Shown one piece after another: positions 62,240 to 64,000 of a stretch of DNA of 64,000 nt (its first letter is position 1; each line of letters opens with the position of its first letter). The stretch is from Styela clava (lineage: Eukaryota). A program made the position numbers and the translations under genes. Under the pieces are notes generated by a model, which saw only the letters and a list, made by a program, of their open reading frames with translations, did not search any database and was not told the origin of the DNA. Location of the stretch: the NCBI RefSeq assembly GCF_964204865.1, contig NC_135264.1, positions 10,478,001 to 10,542,000 on the forward strand, in the 5' to 3' direction.

Positions 62240-63545
62240 AACAAGAGAGCTATGCTCAAATATATGGACACGTAGGGTCACATAATTTTGATGACGTCAT
62301 AGCGAAAAAAAAGTAATAGCCTTCTGGAGAAAATTTTTATCTTTAACCACTAAAAATTTCAAAGCAATTGGTCCAGTATTCGAAGAGAAAAGCGACTTTT
62401 AAAAACGTGTCAAGCGGTACTGAGTTAGCAGTCAGGCAGCATCTTACCTGTACACTGTAGGCCATATACGGTAATTGATCACAGAACAGTTGTTCCCTTG
62501 CAAATTTTATGTTGTTTACACTTTAGGACAGATAATTGATCACAGAACAATTCTTCCCTTTCAAATTTTATGTTGTTTCCAGTAGACTCTCATCAAAATA
62601 AACAAATATAGTAGGCTACAAGTGCTACAACGCTTGCATTACTGCACTGGTAGGACCGTGAAAGAATAAGTTACGGTAATTTCATTGTGGTAAGACACCG
62701 GTACCGGCACCAGTACCAGTATCGTACTTACGTACTGAGCTACCAGTACCGGTTAGCAGTCAGCCAGCATCTTACCTGTACACTGTAGGCCATATACGGT
62801 ACCGTAATTGATCACAGAACAGTTGTTCCCTTGCAAATTTTATGTTGTTTACACTTTAGGACAGATAATTGATCACAGAACAATTCTTCCCTTTCAAATT
62901 TTATGTTGTTTCCAGTAGACTCTCGTCAAAATAAACAAATATAGTAGGCTACAAGTGCTACAACGCTTGCATTACTGCACTGGTAGGACCGTGAAAGAAT
63001 AAGTCACGGTAATTTCATTGTGGTAAGACACCAGTACCAGTATCGTACTTACGTACTGAGCTACCAGTACCGGTACCGAACCTGTAGGTCTGATATTCCG
63101 TTCCGCATACGATAGGCTATAAAACTTGCATTGCAGCATTAGTAATACCGCGGAAGGAATAAGTCAATTTCACTGCGTTACGGTACCTGTATGGCAACTT
63201 ACCAGTACCGACCTACAGTAGCTGTAGTACTGAGCAAGACAATCGATCGCGAAACCGCTTGAAATAAGTGTAAAGCAGTGTTCCCATGAGTAAAAATAAA
63301 TACCGCGAAATTTTGTATGAAATATCATATCTCATAGGATTCATATAAAATTTAAGAATAAACAAAAGTAATAGCCTTCTAGCGAAAAAATTAATCTTTA
63401 ACCACTGAAAATTTCAAAGCAATTGGTCCAGTATTCGAAGAGAAAAGCGACTTTTTAAAAACGTGTCAAAGAACAACAAGAACAAGAACAAGAACAACAA
63501 CAACATAATATTGAAACGATCGTTATGTCCACTACGTGTCCAATA
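62240..63545 (+). mobile_element. Helentron-associated (HINE/DINE-like) non-autonomous element with internal tandem repeats
   Basis: Starts AACAAGAGAG. 11-bp subterminal IR TGGACACGTAG (62265-62275) / CTACGTGTCCA (63532-63542). ~105-bp direct repeats (62308-62413, 63365-63469). Two ~328-bp tandem units (62424, 62752). (AAGAAC/AAC)n microsatellite at 63469-63505. The family assignment is inferred from this architecture. Confidence 0.65.
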
Positions 63546-64000
63546 ATAGTACTTACCAGGGAAGTTTAATACACACGATGTGTAAAGGGCGTCGTAACTC
63601 CCGTTTATTAATTATAAATTTTTTTACATTCTGCTTAAAAAACAACGCACGTAACTCTCGCGACCAAATCTTTTTGTTTTGTATGGCATCGTCTTGACGA
63701 CGAATTTATTGCCGACTGAATTTTAATTGTGTTTTAGGATAAGGTATTTTCTGTTTGTTGGTTTCTAAACTTCACAAACTTGGGTAGCAATTACTATTAA
63801 TGTGAGATTTGTGCATATAAACGATTGAATATCGCGACTGGACGTCCGATATCTGAGAATGCGTAATTCTCTTTCAACATTAATTTTCAGGATATCAGCG
63901 GTCATGTGGTCGAATAAAAATTATTTATCAAATGGATTGGTATTTCGAGACACTCTCAAAATTATTTGGGATCCACTATCATATCATTCGTTTATTTTTT

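Noticed and set aside
62424-63075. CRISPR-like or ribozyme-bearing repeat array
   Set aside because: Eukaryotic context, whole units are duplicated with no unique spacers, no cas genes, and I could not identify a hammerhead core (CUGAUGA...GAAA with stems).

Overview
AT-rich, intron-containing animal genomic DNA. It is an invertebrate, plausibly an ascidian/tunicate (inference from style only). Exon structures were built by hand from splice signals, since most ORF-track entries are exon fragments or noise. Left to right: the 5' part of RAD51 (-), head-to-head with SLC35B4 (+). Next is a nicotinamide riboside kinase (NMRK, -) whose first intron holds a same-strand, intronless 502-aa protein with two TREX1/2-type DEDDh domains, the first catalytically dead and the second intact. 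Head-to-head with that pair is a ~27-exon PARP14-like gene (RRM-KH-Macro-Macro-KH-WWE) that appears to stop before any PARP catalytic domain. Then come SLC8B1/NCLX with two U12 (minor-spliceosome) introns, a 101-aa two-exon gene missing from the ORF track (-), an intronless WASHC4, and the 5' part of a putatively myristoylated TIR-domain protein that keeps the NADase glutamate. Introns carry ~11 copies of a tRNA-derived SINE, many hAT-type MITEs with 8-bp TSDs, and a Helentron/HINE-like element. The best candidate for an undescribed system is the 8.6-31.5 kb block: an NAD+-salvage kinase, a nested pseudo-dimeric TREX nuclease and a catalytic-less ADP-ribose reader around one ~625-bp divergent promoter.
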